Positions 1 through 13,363 are shown, numbered from the whole stretch's first letter. The stretch is 63,384 nt of DNA, filler included, from Choristocarpus tenellus KU-1152 (GCA_964200185.2; 10 parts of 10 records of this genome joined end to end with filler, not necessarily neighbours in it); one strand, 5' to 3'. The notes: a model not told the origin generated them from the letters alone. Numbers and translations: made by a program.

Positions 1-31
1 CCCCCCCCCCCCCCCCCAGATACTTTGGGTC
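1..31. mobile_element. MITE family A, terminal fragment (poly-C + AGATACTTTGGGTC)
   Basis: Reverse complement of the GACCCAAAGTATCTGGGGG terminus seen in the full copy at 21102-21281. Confidence 0.8.
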
Positions 32-32
32 T

Positions 33-1732
33 GTGACTGGTCGAACAGGTGCGGATGCATTGCTTTTAGGAACAAACGAGGTCCCATGTTTCCCAGGAAC
101 AGAAGCAGGTTGGTTGGTCAAGGCAGAACAGACAGTGGGCGAGGGGGTTTGGGACAAAACAAGTTGGAGTATCGACGCGAGGGTTACCAGTACACTGTTG
201 ACCACCTCTTGGTGTGGCTATGAATTTTGGCTTGGCACTTCTCTTGGTATGGATATCCTGCTCTGGTAGGGTAGTCCCAGTTCCTGCCGGGTAATTGGAG
301 GTTCGACTGAGGTAGACAGAGGGCGTGACATGCTTGCAGACATAGCACCAGCATCGGTCACTATGGTACCTAAAGCAGTGGGGGTCTTATCCTTGTACGT
401 AGATCTTGCAGCATTTGGATTTGGTTGGGACAAATGCGTACTGGTCGCTACGATGGAACAATTTCTTTGGTTAGATTGTCAAAGATCCTCTTCGTTTCCT
501 AAAGGGTTATTCTGAGAAATTGCCAGTGGGCGAATTTGACTCCGAAATTCTTTGCGAAACGAAAATGTAATCAACTGCACTCCAATCTGATCTAGAACAA
601 TTGGAAGAATAATTGGAAGAGCTCGCTCGCATAGATCAATGAGTTGTTCCTCAGCTATATATCTCCAAAAGAAAATTGTTTCACACACATAAGGCATCCA
701 CGAATCTATGGTATATGCTTCATAATGAAAAACAAGATGGTTGGCTGCAGCATTCCACGACTCACTTCTCTCGGTCCTTAAAGAACTCATTGCAGCCTTC
801 ACTGCGTTTTGGATTGACTGTACGAAAGAGTACATTCTCTCACCTGGATACAAACCAACTCAGTTAACGTCATGTCCTCCCGAGGAACTTGGAGGAATTG
901 TCCCGAGACGCTCGGGACTTCTACTGGAGACGAGTCGCTCAGGAGATCGCTGTGGGTCCTGAGAGAGTCAGACAGTAATTGCTCAAGAAGCTCGGTACGG
1001 AAAGGGGTTAGGGCATTACTTCGTGGAAGTGATGCATTATGATTGTGGGATCGTTCCACAATCCTCCTTGAACCCTCCCTAGAGCCTTGGTAAGAGCGTC
1101 AGCGAAAAAAACGGGGTTATTGGACATGGCAGGGGTGGACTTATCTGCAGGTGCTCCAAGAAAAACGGGCCTGTTGGCTGGGTATCTGAGTTTCTTATGC
1201 ATGCGTTCCATGTTTTTAACACAATTCTGGTGATAACGCATATTAAGGTTTCGAGAGTTTCTGTCTCGCTGCTGCGTACCGGATTGTAACTCATTCGATT
1301 CTGTCAGCGCACACAACTAATTAATTTCGCTTCGTAACTGCGCTTCCACCTCTCCGTGCCGACGCACTGTAATCAGACGTTCCCCGCGAAATGGCCTTGA
1401 TGATACAGACCTGGATGGAGAAGAATCTATGATTCGACGATGGTATCTACTTGAACGGCTGCAGCCTCTGTGTTCTTCTCTGGTCCTCCATGTGGCTCGT
1501 TTAGAGTGCTTGTCCCAGGATCTCGACCTGGAGCGGGATCTGCCACGAGTGAAAGACCAAAAGTGGATGCATTCTCTGGCCTCTTACAGCATTCGGTGGA
1601 GTGGACACGGCTGCTGCGAGAATTGTGGGGGGGTGCGGTACTGGGCTGGAGTTTCTCCGAATCATTGATTCCTTGAGGAATCTGTGGATCAGACATGTCT
1701 GTGAACCTGGGAAATAAAGGACTGTGGCACAT
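33..1732 (-). pseudogene. Degenerate TE-like ORF chain (possibly gag-like)
   Basis: Consecutive minus-strand ORF pieces (1732-1427, 1316-1008, 1059-799, 853-479, 433-218) broken by stops/frameshifts, with no evident splice structure and no diagnostic motif recognised. Confidence 0.25.
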
Positions 1733-3256
1733 GAAAAGAGAACGGGGATGTGGTTAAAACATAGGCTACTCATCTGTTTCTTCCTTGATATGATACAATT
1801 CTACTAGTCAACACTGACTGTTGATTGGTCTGTTACGTTCTGGACGTTACTTTCACTAGTTCTTCATCACCACAGCAACTACAATCAGACACCTTAGTAC
1901 AGAACAGTCGCTCTGCGTTCCACACACAAGAAAAATATTGTATCGTGTACGTCACTTGAGTTCCATCACCTATTGTTTCAAAAAAATTTCTCTTGTTTTG
2001 TTGTTTATTTTTCTTTCACTCTTTCTTCTTATCAACAGAAGATGACAGTTGTACATTGATTGTTGATTATTATTTCTTTCGTGACTGCCATTGATCCCTC
2101 AAATTGCATCGACGCCACTCTGCAAACTGTGTATCAAACACACACATGNNNNNNNNNCCCTTGCCAGCCAAGGTAACAAGCCTCTCCACAGAGCATAGAC
2201 TTCTTTCGTTGAGTATCACATGAAAGAACACTGAATTTACATCACATCATTCTGGATTGAGCAATCAAGAATACTGGATTCACGTCGCATTATTCTTCAC
2301 TCAGAACCCTTTCCGACCATTCATTCATGACCCTCTGCAACTACCCAAGTTACAGTTTATTCTGTACCTTTAGGCAAATCGGAGTTCCCCCTTTTGGGGT
2401 TCCCCACGCGCGTACACTGTTCGCGCTGGTTAAAGCGTGGGAAGAAATACTTGCGTTATTCACCTGTAACATGCCCCCCAGCGTGAACTAGGTATACATG
2501 TTTCACACTTACCACAGACGATTGTCACAGGTTAAGACAATAGATATTACCTGTCACCTCAGATCACGCTGTAGCAGCATGAGTTAGTTGCCATCACACA
2601 AAAGAGGGGCTTCAGTTCCAACTTGTCAGTTGTTTCCCACCCAGGGATCTCGGTTCCAAACTCCAGATAGTTCCAACCAATGATTTGACATATCTCCCAG
2701 TCTCTTCTTGATAATATTTCCTCAAAAGTCTTAAGACACAGTCAGAATCAATAAATGTCTGAGCTAATCAAAGTATATATTTTTATTAAAAATATATAAC
2801 TTCAACCAGGTCCAAAATCGATCAACACATATCCATGTTTCTCTTGGGATAATTTATCCTAAGAGGCACAGAATATAATTTCCATCTTGGCTAGTCTGAG
2901 TATGTACTTGCTCTTTCTAAAACATCTTCAAAAATCGCAAGGTATACATCTCTGACATGGCCAAAAATGAATGGGACGCCAGTTCCGATCACCTTAATCA
3001 CAATTGTGGTTCATCTCCACAATTCTTTTTTAAAGAGTCCATCCACAAGGTCATACGATGCACTCTTATTCAAATTGTGTCTGCCTAACCTAAATATCAG
3101 GATAACGAAATGGAGAAAATAAGAAAATCCAAAAATAAAACAAAAGAAGAATGTATCCTATATAATGTTTACTACAAGTGATTGTTATTGGTGAATACAA
3201 TAGACATCATCAATCACCTCAAATCATCCTTTAGCAGGGAGAAGGAAGAGAAGAAA

Positions 3257-3548
3257 AATATGCCAAACATCTACTAGGCCTAAACATGTATCCTTATCCT
3301 ACTTGGGGAAATCTGTCTGTGTCTAGCCTAATTCTGAGGATATATTCATTCTCTTTAAAGTACAGTTTTCCTAGAGTGCCAAGTATCATCTGGTTATTGC
3401 CGACAATATGCCCAACTCCTACTAGGCCTAAACATGTATCCCTATCTTACTTGGGGGAATCTGTCTGCGCCTAGCCTAATCTGAGTATACCTTTGCTCTT
3501 TCTAAAGTACAGTTTCCTTAAGGTGCTGAGTATCATCTGATTATTGCC
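3257..3548. repeat. Diverged tandem duplication, ~148-bp unit x2
   Basis: AATATGCC...ACTAGGCCTAAACATGTATCC...TTATTGCC at 3257-3401 and 3405-3548; related pieces at ~2800-2930, ~3820-3950, 3555-3608 and 4076-4130. Confidence 0.75.
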
Positions 3549-4956
3549 TGTCTCATGCCCCCCAGCACAAAGCATTCTGACGACTGCTAGTGCGTAAAAC
3601 AGGCAATAACATCAACATCAGCACCCAAAATAAATAATAAATAAAATAAAATAGAGGATACAAGGGACAGAAAAGAAAGAATTGAAGGTAGAGCATAGTA
3701 AGGGCGCAAGGGGGTACCTGGTCTGATAGAAAGGGAGAAAGAAAAAAAATGAAATAAAATGAAAGTAAGAGTATATACTTTTATTATGAGAATATATATA
3801 TATATATAACTCCAACTAGCCTCAAACCAGGTCGGCAAATACCCTTGTCTAACCAGGGATAACTTTCCAAGGTCACAGAATAACATTAGAGTCAGATTGC
3901 CCCTGGCCTAGTCCGAGTATACCTTGTTTCTTTTGAACTGGACCTTCAAAAGTTACAAAATAAATAGCTATGATTAGGCATACAATTCATGTGTCTTCCG
4001 TTATAATCTTCGCGGTTATCAAGGATTAGACTTACATTATTCATGACCTACGCAGCATCTAATTATTTCCTGTCCTATGCCCCCCATACACAAAGCATAC
4101 TCAAGGCTGCTAGTGTGCAAAACAGGCAATGACAAAAAATAAAATAAAGGTCAATGAGAGCAACAAACAGTACAAATAAAAAATAAAGATAAAATGAGCA
4201 ATAAATAGAAAATAAATAATAAAAAAATGTGTGGATGATGAGGGTAACAAAGTGGAAACTGAATAGTAGATAAAATTATAATAAAAAGATAAAAAAGTAA
4301 AAGGGAAGAAAAAAAAGAAAAACTCTCAGTAAATGAGGAGAGTAACAGCTATGAAAAGAAAATGAACTTAAAAATCATGGGATCATGGGATGAGACTAAA
4401 AATAAATATTTAGAAAAACAAAAGGATTCAAGATCACAGAGAGTTGTTACAAAATAGATAGAGAAAAATAAATAAAAAATAAAAAGTAGTGAGTCCAGTG
4501 ATTGTCTTTTCTAAGGACGTCAGCCTATAGAACCAATGTATATTAATGTGTGGGAAAAATGTGGGCAGCTTCTTCATTCCAACTTCTGCTGTCCCATGTT
4601 CCTTTCAGTGCCTATGATTATCATTGCTTTAATCTCTTGTTCTAACATGTACCGGCTGAACCTCACCTCGTCCTTCAGGCATACAGTTGTTACCTGCTGG
4701 GAGGTTTTCTGGAGGAGGCACTCATCTCTCTCCTGCTGAATTCCTCCTTACCTCCATTCTTTAACCATACCCGCCAGTGGGGTGATTTGAACTAAAAAAA
4801 TTAACCTTGTCCTACCAGTCTCTTCAGCTTTCATCCATCCAAAATGTTTGACACTAGTACCTAGAGGGAAGAGATGTAACACATCCTCTCGAGGCAAGAT
4901 TTGTTCTTGGGTGGGAACATTAGTTGGACATGGTCTTGTGTTAGGGTTGTGAAGGT

Positions 4957-5224
4957 GAGTGATAGTATCTTAGAGGGTACGATTTCTGCTCTGTTTGTCC
5001 ATTTGGGGCTTGGCTTCGCACGAGTTCTTAATGACATTTTACCTACTCCAAGATGTTCCGAAGTAGGAAAATTGTTTACAATATAAAAAGGTGTGTGCGG
5101 AACAAGGATATTGACATCTCCTAACAAACATGATAGCAAAAATTACATAAAATTGCAACATTGGGTTTTGGCCGCCAAATGGACGCGGCTCTACCCTCTA
5201 AGACCCTCTAAGATACTTTGACTC
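4957..5224 (-). mobile_element. MITE family B (~265 bp), complete, TSD GGT
   Basis: TIRs GAGTGATAGTATCTTAGAGGGTA ... ACCCTCTAAGATACTTTGACTC; GGT at 4954-4956 and 5225-5227. Confidence 0.9.
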
Positions 5225-5584
5225 GGTCCTAGAAGGCATGATAAACATCCAACTGTAGTAAGTTAAAGCTGTTCATTTCTTCTGTTTAGTTACCTAGTCT
5301 AACAACTATCCATCTTAGGACTTTCCTTTGTACCACAATGCCATTTGCTAAGGTCTGACAAGGGTACATTGTTACTCTTCGATCTAGGTGTTGGAATATT
5401 GACAAAAGGTACCCATGGTGGCTGTGGTGATGGTTGGGAGTATTGGCCTTCTCTAAATGGCAGTTCACTCTAGTGTTGTCTACAAAATGTTGTACCTAAA
5501 AATAATTTCGTATGGCAGCCCCACCATTGTCCTAAAAGCCATATTGCGCACTTTTTCCTCTGGGGTAAACGCTATTACAAGTTT

Positions 5585-5670
5585 GACCCAAAGTATCTGG
5601 GGGGGTGGGGGGGGTCTACACGAGGGTGTCCATTTGGACCAAAATCGAGAAAAGTGGATTTGCATTATCC
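5585..5670 (+). mobile_element. MITE family A, left part truncated by contig end
   Basis: GACCCAAAGTATCT-polyG-TCTACACGAGGGTGTCCATTTGG matches the full copy at 21102. Confidence 0.9.
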
Positions 5671-5770
5671 NNNNNNNNNNNNNNNNNNNNNNNNNNNNNN
5701 NNNNNNNNNNNNNNTTAATTAATTAANNNNNNNNNNNNNNNNNNNNNNNNNNNNNNNNNNNNNNNNNNNN
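5671..5770. other. Artificial contig spacer N44-TTAATTAATTAA-N44 (also 9913-10012, 13364-13463, 20580-20679, 28496-28595, 34384-34483, 39259-39358, 57968-58067, 60643-60742)
   Basis: Identical 100-bp construct with stop codons in all six frames, repeated nine times; genes are cut at these points and do not resume on the other side. Confidence 0.97.
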
Positions 5771-5855
5771 CTTCCTCCATCCCTCCCTCCCCCCCGCCCC
5801 CCCCTCCGTGCTCTCTGTGTTACTCCTCTGCATGTGGTGTTCCATTGCTTCACAG

Positions 5856-7349
5856 GCGTTTCTCGTATCCTATGGAGGAGTTCAAATGCCCGGATGTCCC
5901 CCCCATTGACTATCCCAAGGGGTACCCTGTGATGGACGTTGTCAAGAACTGGAATCCTGATGATGCTTCGTATGTCCCTCCAAATATGTACCTTTCCACC
6001 TGCAGGTATAATACATAAACTCTGTGTTGTGTGTTGTGTGTTGTTTTACGTTCTGTGTGTGTTTAAGGATCAGTTCTTTGTTTTTGTTCTTGATTTTTTA
6101 TTTAAAATCTGGACTATTTGTAACCTATTGCAGTAAGACACTTTTTGTCTGTGTTATTAGATATTGTCATTAAACATTGTTATTATATTATTATATATTA
6201 TTAATATTACTGGAGTATGAACTTGTAGTTGTTGAAATGCTCCTAATGGGTGGTTGCAGGATGTTTCAGGGTTAGGGTTGAAGTAACAAGAATGATCCAG
6301 GGCTGCCACAAGTTTGAATCAGACCGGACCATGGACCAGCCCTGGTGAACTGTGGTTTAGCAGGGTTGATCCAGGGCTGTTAGAGAGAGATTGTGTCCGA
6401 ATCTGACCACAGGTTGTTCCCCGGTCCTGGTCCCAGTCCCAGTCCTAGTCCTAGTTCGAGTCCTAGTTCGAGTCCCAGTCCCATTCCTAGTCCTAGTCCA
6501 AGTCCTAATTCAAGTCCTAGTTCGATTCCCAGTCCTATTCCCAGTCCCAGTCCCAGTCCCAATCCTAGTCCAAGTCCTAATTCGAGTCCTAGTCCCAAGT
6601 CCCAATCCCATACTATTTAACTGTCACTCTGGTGAAGAGCCAGTCTGTTTTTTTTTGTTCATCGTGTGAAGAGTTAGGGTTAGAGTTAGAGTTGAATTGA
6701 GAGAAATTCTTCCGAGCATTTATTTTTTATATTTTTTGTCGATGCTATTTATAGGGTTAGGGGTGGGGTTAGGGTTAGGGTTAGGGGTGGGGTTGCAAAG
6801 GGTTGCAAGAGAGACTTTTCATGTGTTTTTTTAAAACTGTTTTTTTCTTTTTCTTTTTTTGATCTTTGCTTCTTTTTTTTACTTCTCTACGAAACCCTCC
6901 CAAGTTAGTAAGTACTGCAACTGTGTCTGACGTTTTTTTTATTTTTTTTATTTATGCAATTATCGTGCTAGTGAGCACGGGTGATTGGCATTTTGTTGAA
7001 GGGGGGGGAGGAATTTCTGTAAAATGTAGTGAGACTTTTTGTCGGAGTTGTTGTAAGGGCACAATATTGAGGATATAGGGGGCGTAAATTTAATTTGTTT
7101 TTTTTCTGTGAGATGATACCCACTGTGTTTTCTGTGGAATTTTCTGTGAAATTTTCCCTGTGATGGATACTCTGCACTACTGTTTATTTCTGTGCCATTT
7201 TTCGATTCTAACCATAAACCCTAACTCAAATTCATGGCAGTTGCCTCTTTCAGGCAATTATTTTACTTACATTATTGTTAGGGTTAGGGTAGGCGACCGG
7301 CCTTATTTCTTTTGTTCTATAAATAATAAAAATATTTGTATTGCCAACT

Positions 7350-7384
<35 letters not shown>

Positions 7385-8320
7385 ATGGGACGGAAATTAA
7401 TAATATACATACATATTTCTCCATCATAATTTTTTTTTTCATACAGTATTAGGATTAGGGTTAGAGTTAGGGTTAAGGTTAAGGTTATTTGAGGTTGAAA
7501 CATCGCCGTTGCTTAGTAGAGGCGTAACTGTAGACGTAACTGTCGGTGGAGAGTGAGTGCGATCTTTCCGTAAGAACGCTCTTCTGGAAAGAGACAACGA
7601 TTGCGTGGGGGTGGATGAAGTGAAAAGTGTTTTTTTTAATACTTTTTTTTCTTTTTTTACGTCGTAAGTGGTTTGATGAAATAAAAAGTGCACATTGTTA
7701 TAAATAAATAATAGTAATAGTAAAATACATGCATTCATTCAAACCTTGTAAATAGTAATAATAATAATTTTTATTGTTTATAATTATTATTTTATTATTT
7801 CTGGTCTGTTCGTATTATTATTCATTCAAACTGTGTAATGCCAGAGCAACTGCTGAGTAACTAGGAATGAGAAGTATTTTTTTTTTTTTTCTTTTAGAAA
7901 TACATCTTTATATGGGTGCCCTTTATTGGTCACTTTTTGGTGTCACCTATATACATATTTTTTATTTTGAAACAGAGCTCTATGTATGCAGAATATATAT
8001 TTTCTTACTTCAATTTTCCGGGGTTTTTTATATTGCATTTAAAAAAAAAATGAATTTAAATTCATATTTGAAATGCCCCCCTCCCCCCCAACAAAAGAAA
8101 AAAAAGATATCCCCTCCTATCGGTTGTATTACATTCACTCTCTGTATATCCCTAACCCTATCCCTATCCCTATCCCTTTGTTTTCCCAAAACGAATATTT
8201 TTTACTTAAAAAAAAAAATGTTTTTTATATCTGTTGGTGGGGCGTGTGTGTGTGTGTGCGCGCAGGTTTGATTACCAGGAAGAGCTGGAGAAGGCTACGA
8301 GGTATCATCATGCCGAGAAG
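5856..8320 (+). CDS. Partial gene, stramenopile cupin-like/JmjC-family protein (exons 5856-6005, 8266-8320)
   Basis: AG/GT boundaries in phase: RFSYPMEEFKCPDVPPIDYPKGYPVMDVVKNWNPDDASYVPPNMYLSTC-R-FDYQEELEKATRYHHAEK. Resembles the region preceding the cupin domain in stramenopile proteins (from memory). Confidence 0.6.
6420..6610. repeat. Degenerate hexamer array (CCYAGT/CCYAAT/TCGAGT)n in an intron
   Basis: About 30 hexamer units; produces spurious SP/GL/VP ORFs. Confidence 0.9.
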
Positions 8321-8664
8321 GTTAGGTGCAGGCAGGCACACACACACGCACGCCCATGACTTTTTTGAACTTTTTTGAACGATATCGTGGTGTTTTTATT
8401 GTTGAGTATACTGAACATTTTTTGGAGTCGGTTTTTGTATTGTAAATGAATAAGTCTTTACTATCGAGTTCATTCTCTTTTTTTGTTTGTTTGTAATAAT
8501 TGAAGTGAAAATTCTCAATAGATTTTTTTTTTTGTTATGCTGTTCGTTGGTTACGTGAATTTTCTGTTCTTTTTCTTAATTTTGGTGTTTTTTTAAACGG
8601 TTTTTGATCTCTCGCTGCACTGGCTCTCTTCAGTGCGAAGACGTTCATATTATTATTGTTTTTA

Positions 8665-8835
8665 TTAGTAGTAGTAGCAGTAGTAGTATTAGTAGTAGTA
8701 GCAGTAGTAGTACTGTATTAGTAGTATAGTATTGTTTTTATCGTAATTAGTAGTAGTAGTAGTAGTAGTACTGTTATTAGTATCATAGTATTGCTTTTGT
8801 TATAATTAGAGGTAGTAGTAGTAGTAGTAGTAGTA
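8665..8835. repeat. (TAG)n microsatellite cluster
   Basis: Several AGTAGTAGT tracts. Confidence 0.85.
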
Positions 8836-9727
8836 TTGGAGTTCATTCTTTTTTATAGTAATAGTTGAAAAAATGTGTACATATTTTTGGTGTGCTTAGT
8901 TCTGTGATTTTTTCTGTTCTTTATCTCAGGTGTTACTGTCATTCCTATTTTTATTAGCATTTCATACATTACTATTACATTTTATTATTAATATATTTTT
9001 TACCTTGTGAGGACGAGAGAGTATTTTTTGTTATGTCTTGAAAAGTTCATATTTATTTTTTATATTTATCTACTACATTTGTGATATATACTTATATTTT
9101 TACTTTAGTAACGATATGAATTTCTCTCCGACAGGTGGATTTGAATGTCACAAGCAAAGTGGAGAGAAATTTACTCCATAATTTCTCGTTTTATTTAAAA
9201 TATATATATATATATATATTCATTATTATTTGCTTGTTTGAGATTGAAGTGTGCTTTCTACCTACATACAATCAATTTAGTAATAATAAATATTTTGTTT
9301 GTTTATTACTTTTTTGTAGGGGGTCTTGTCCGAGTGGCACTTGATTGTTGTTTTTTTAATAGCGCTTTAAAAATGTACATCACTTTAGAAGTAGTTTTTT
9401 GTATCACTTTTAAAAAATATATCAGTTTTAAAGTAGTTTTTAGTATCACTTGTAAAAATAGTATCACTTTTTAAGGGGTTTTTTATATTGCTTTTTTTTT
9501 TTAATTACTATAATTTCTACATTACTTTTTTCGTTGCCTGTTTTGACTCTCCGTATGATTGTATAATTTTTGTTTTGTAGTTTGAAGTATTTGAGAACAA
9601 TTGTCTAGATATATATATATTTTTCTATTGTTTTATTTTTGAGAAGATTTTTGAAATGATTATGTGTATGTATATATACATATTAATATTGTCTATTTCA
9701 CCAATCATATTTGTTTGTTCAGCTTTT

Positions 9728-9912
9728 GACCCAAAGTATCTGGGGGGTGGGGGGTCTACACCAGGGTGCCCATTTTGGGTCAAAATCAGGAAAAATGTGT
9801 TTAGATTAGTCATCCTACATATGCAACCAAATCACACAAAAATTGCGACATGAAAAAATTGGACCCAAATGGACAGCTGCCACCCCAACCCCCCCCCCCC
9901 CCAGATACTTTG
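9728..9912 (+). mobile_element. MITE family A, nearly complete
   Basis: GACCCAAAGTATCTGGGGGG ... CCCCCCAGATACTTTG, then contig end. Confidence 0.9.
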
Positions 9913-10149
9913 NNNNNNNNNNNNNNNNNNNNNNNNNNNNNNNNNNNNNNNNNNNNTTAATTAATTAANNNNNNNNNNNNNNNNNNNNNNNNNNNNNNNN
10001 NNNNNNNNNNNNTTTATTTTTTCAGTTTGAGATGGAATCTGTAACACTTAATGCTTTGACACCTTTTCGCTTGTTTTTATTACCAGTTTCATAGGTCTCC
10101 CCCCCCCCCCCCCTTTTCTCTATGTTCTTGGACTTCTCTTACGTTGGAA

Positions 10150-11900
10150 AGGTTGGGGATCACCTCCCTCCAATATCTGTACCGTACCTATATTCTCAAG
10201 TTCACCTTCCCATCCCTAGTCAAGGATCAACCCATTGCTCTGACAATGGTCCTGTACCCTCCTCATCATTGTCTTGTATAATCTGGTAGAGGCTAATCTG
10301 GATGGGTGCCGTAAGGACTCAATCGTGTATTGGGCATGTATTAGTCTAGAACAGTGGTATATGGTAGTGAGTTGACCAGGACATGGGACCTTCATCACTA
10401 CATTATGTACTTACAATCATCGAGGTGTACACTTTTCTGATATATTCAGGTCTCATCTAAGCAATTCGCACCTTCCGATTTTTTTTTTTGAATATAGAAG
10501 TGTTCATATCTTTCTTTTTTTTTGCGGCCTGAATCTCTCTCCCCCCCACCCCTTCCTTTTATTCACTTGGACTGATTATCCCACTATTAGGCAATGCCCC
10601 TTCTTTTTTACTTTCTTTCCTTGTGGTGATTTGTTAATTATTGTAGAACGATGCCCCCGAAACTTCAGTAGGTTTAGCCCTCAAGTGCCTACCCTTGTGA
10701 GCAGTAGCCCTTTATTCACAAGGTCACCTCGAATTTTTACACAGGGTTGTGTAGGAGCTACGATTAATCCTTCCCCACCCCCCCTCTTTATATTGGTGTA
10801 CTCTTCTTTACGTTCATATTTTCCAATATCATGCTCTCTCCCCATCCCTTTCAACTATCACATCTCATTTTTAATAATCTCTTCCGACTGTACATCTACT
10901 CACAATCCCCAATTCTTTCTTACTTCCGTAGCATTCACTCCACTCCAACCCCCCACCTACCACGTGTCCTCACACAGTACTTTTAAATTATCTCCACCTA
11001 CTTTCGTAGCGGTCACTCCGCCTAAGAAAACAAATTATAAGAAAATTCCAACTACCACACCCCTCATTCAGTCCTCCTATCTATACAGGTTTTCTACTTT
11101 TCTTTACTTCTTGTCTCACGTCCTCTCCCAACTTGTAGCTATTCTACATAATATATATATGACTACTCAAATTGATATAACCGTTGATTCACAAGGTATC
11201 TCTGCCTAATAAAAGGTTTTGTTACTAACCTCGTACCTTCCGCGCGTGACCTTTGTCTGGAGTGGTCCCCCTACATCATCCTACAATGCGCCCACGCTGT
11301 TCTATTTTTCTTGCCATATGGGTGGGGTTGGCCCATGTCCGCAGCGGAAGACAACCTACGTCCTCTATCGCCGATCGATACAGACCTGATATCTGCCCCC
11401 ACTCTACATTTCAGGCCATATTTAAACTGTACTTTATCAGATTGTCGCAGGTACACTACCTCTATACCCTGACCTATTATATTTTCTCTTTTTGTCATGA
11501 ACTCAACGGGATAAACATGTTAGTGACATAAACGGCGCACTCTACTATTCGTCCTCAATTAACCTTACACTGTCGCTCTACCAGGAACCTCAACCTTTTT
11601 CCGTCCTGCTTTGTGTACCAACCTATAAATTATTGTTTGTAACCTGTAGTATTAAACATGTACTCCCCTCTCTGCCACGACCATTACCGTCGGGATCGGC
11701 CCGATTCGTCATTTACGCGTTTATCCTGTTTTACTCCGCCATAACATCGATAACATCGTGGTCCGTCCTTCGAACTTTCTTCTTCTATGGATTTCTCCGG
11801 GTACCCCTTCAATAGTGTCTGAATCTCTCACGTAATACATATGTCCTATTCCTGACCAACAATTATCCACGATGTTTTCCATCGTCACTGTCATCACCTC
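10150..11900 (-). mobile_element. Highly decayed non-LTR (LINE) ORF2 relic: APE endonuclease + RT remnants
   Basis: Minus-strand remnants in the expected order: GLKCRVG...DRGRRL (GDFNARVG..NGRRL-like, ~11410-11340); APTQPCVKI..LVNKGL..KFRGHRST (RPIAL../QFGFR..RST-like, ~10760-10640); RLASTR..MMRRVQDHCQSNGLILD (post-ADD RT segment, ~10300-10215). Many stops and frameshifts. Confidence 0.5.
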
Positions 11901-12195
11901 CCTTACCATTTGCATATCTTGTCCTCACGACCCCCCGCCTTTTCCACATGACCCTTCCCTCTTTCAACTGTCGGGAAGATTGGTCGGGTTCTTCGTTAAT
12001 CCATTCCGACGAAAGCTTGCTCGGGGGTCCTCTCGATCTAGCCTTCCCCATCTTGTCCCCCAGCTCAGGTTTCCTCATTTGATTCAATACTGTTCATTCC
12101 TTCTCCCCTTGTACCTCCGTCCGCCACCTATTTTCTTAACCACTCGATCTTAACTCTTCGTTCCCTCCTTAATACTTACATTTCTTTACTGTCCC

Positions 12196-13333
12196 CTTCC
12201 TTGCCCTGTGCCCCCAACCAACCAGAATTCTTCAACCCACAAAACTCAGATTACTTCATAAACGTTCCCTTTGTGGATGTCTCAGCGAAAAAGTCTATTT
12301 GTGGAAGTGTCAAAGGTGCCAAGTTCTCTGCTCAAGGGGGCAATCACAATCACCGGAATGAAAACTCCTTCACTTCAGAGGGTGGACCGAGTTTCAAGGT
12401 CTTGGCTCTAATCTCATAACAGATCAGTAAATCCAGAACAGAACAACCCTTTCAGAACATGACAGATGTTCCAGAACAACGTCACAGCGAAGAAGTGGAT
12501 TTGTCAGAATCGGAATGGTTCTTCGTTCTGAGGATCCATTTTGGCTGTTTGGTCAAGTCCGGATCTCATGGGTGTGACTGTTTCTTTGGACTGGTCGGTA
12601 TGGATGAGCTCAAATGACGTGTTTGGCGCACGTAATTGTATCTGACCGCGCGTCTTGTACATAACGTGTGTGTCGGAGATCCCAAAAAAGGAACCTGTCC
12701 CTGACATATTCAATATTCTAAATATCCCTCTTGAAGTGAATTGTTGTGAATGTGAAAGATATCTCTCTAAAATCAATTTACAATTAGAGTACCAGCTATC
12801 CCACACCACTCATCTCCTATGCCTCCAACCTAGCTTAGCCCTATAACACATGGAGAGGACCTAAGGAAGCATTCCAAGAATCTGACTGGCCCGTCGTTGC
12901 CCATCTCTCTGATTTTTTTAAGTTAAAACGCATGACAAGCCTTGATAGAACCACTGATGTTGTGACAGACACTATCTGTCGTAACCGGGATTTGACAACT
13001 CCTTTCCTGCTGTAACTTCTTCCCTCAAAAGTAAGATCTAGGAGACAAGTATTTTGAACAAGTAGTACGTCAAAAATATGGACGAAATGTTTTTCAACCC
13101 ATATTTTCATGAATAATATATGACAAGACATTAGCAAACAGTAGGGTATAATGGTGGTTTCTGGAATGTGTCAGTTCTTATTTGGATTTACTATGGTTAT
13201 GTTCTATCAGAACATCTATAGTAGTATGGAGTGGAAGAATTTTACGTAGTTGGAATAAAAGTGAAAGTTTATAAAGTAACCTGAGTTTTGTGGGCAGAGG
13301 ATTTTTGGTTGGCTGGGGGCACGGACAAGGAAG
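12196..13333. repeat. Diverged ~72-bp inverted repeat pair (12196-12267 / 13263-13333)
   Basis: CTTCCTTGCCCTGTGCCCCCAACCAACC..CCCACAAAACTCAGATTACTTCATAAAC aligns with the reverse complement of 13263-13333 with scattered mismatches. Confidence 0.75.
12740..13060. repeat. Dispersed repeat family C (other copies ~15280-15560, ~53549-53940, fragment ~31158-31200)
   Basis: Shared ATGTGAAAGATA...TGCCTCCARCYTAGCTTAGCCCTA...CCAAGAATCTGA; three copies also share TGCCCTCTG(A/G)CATT. Confidence 0.75.
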
Positions 13334-13344
13334 CAAGAAGAGAA

Positions 13345-13363
13345 GGGTCAAAGTATCTGGGGG
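13345..13363. mobile_element. MITE family A terminus at contig end
   Basis: GGGTCAAAGTATCTGGGGG. Confidence 0.7.

Noticed and set aside
5715-5726. Recurrent TTAATTAATTAA palindrome
   Set aside because: Always centred in exactly 44+44 Ns; an assembly linker, not a biological motif.
6380-6669. GL/SP/VP-rich ORFs (extensin-like)
   Set aside because: Translations of an intronic hexamer array.
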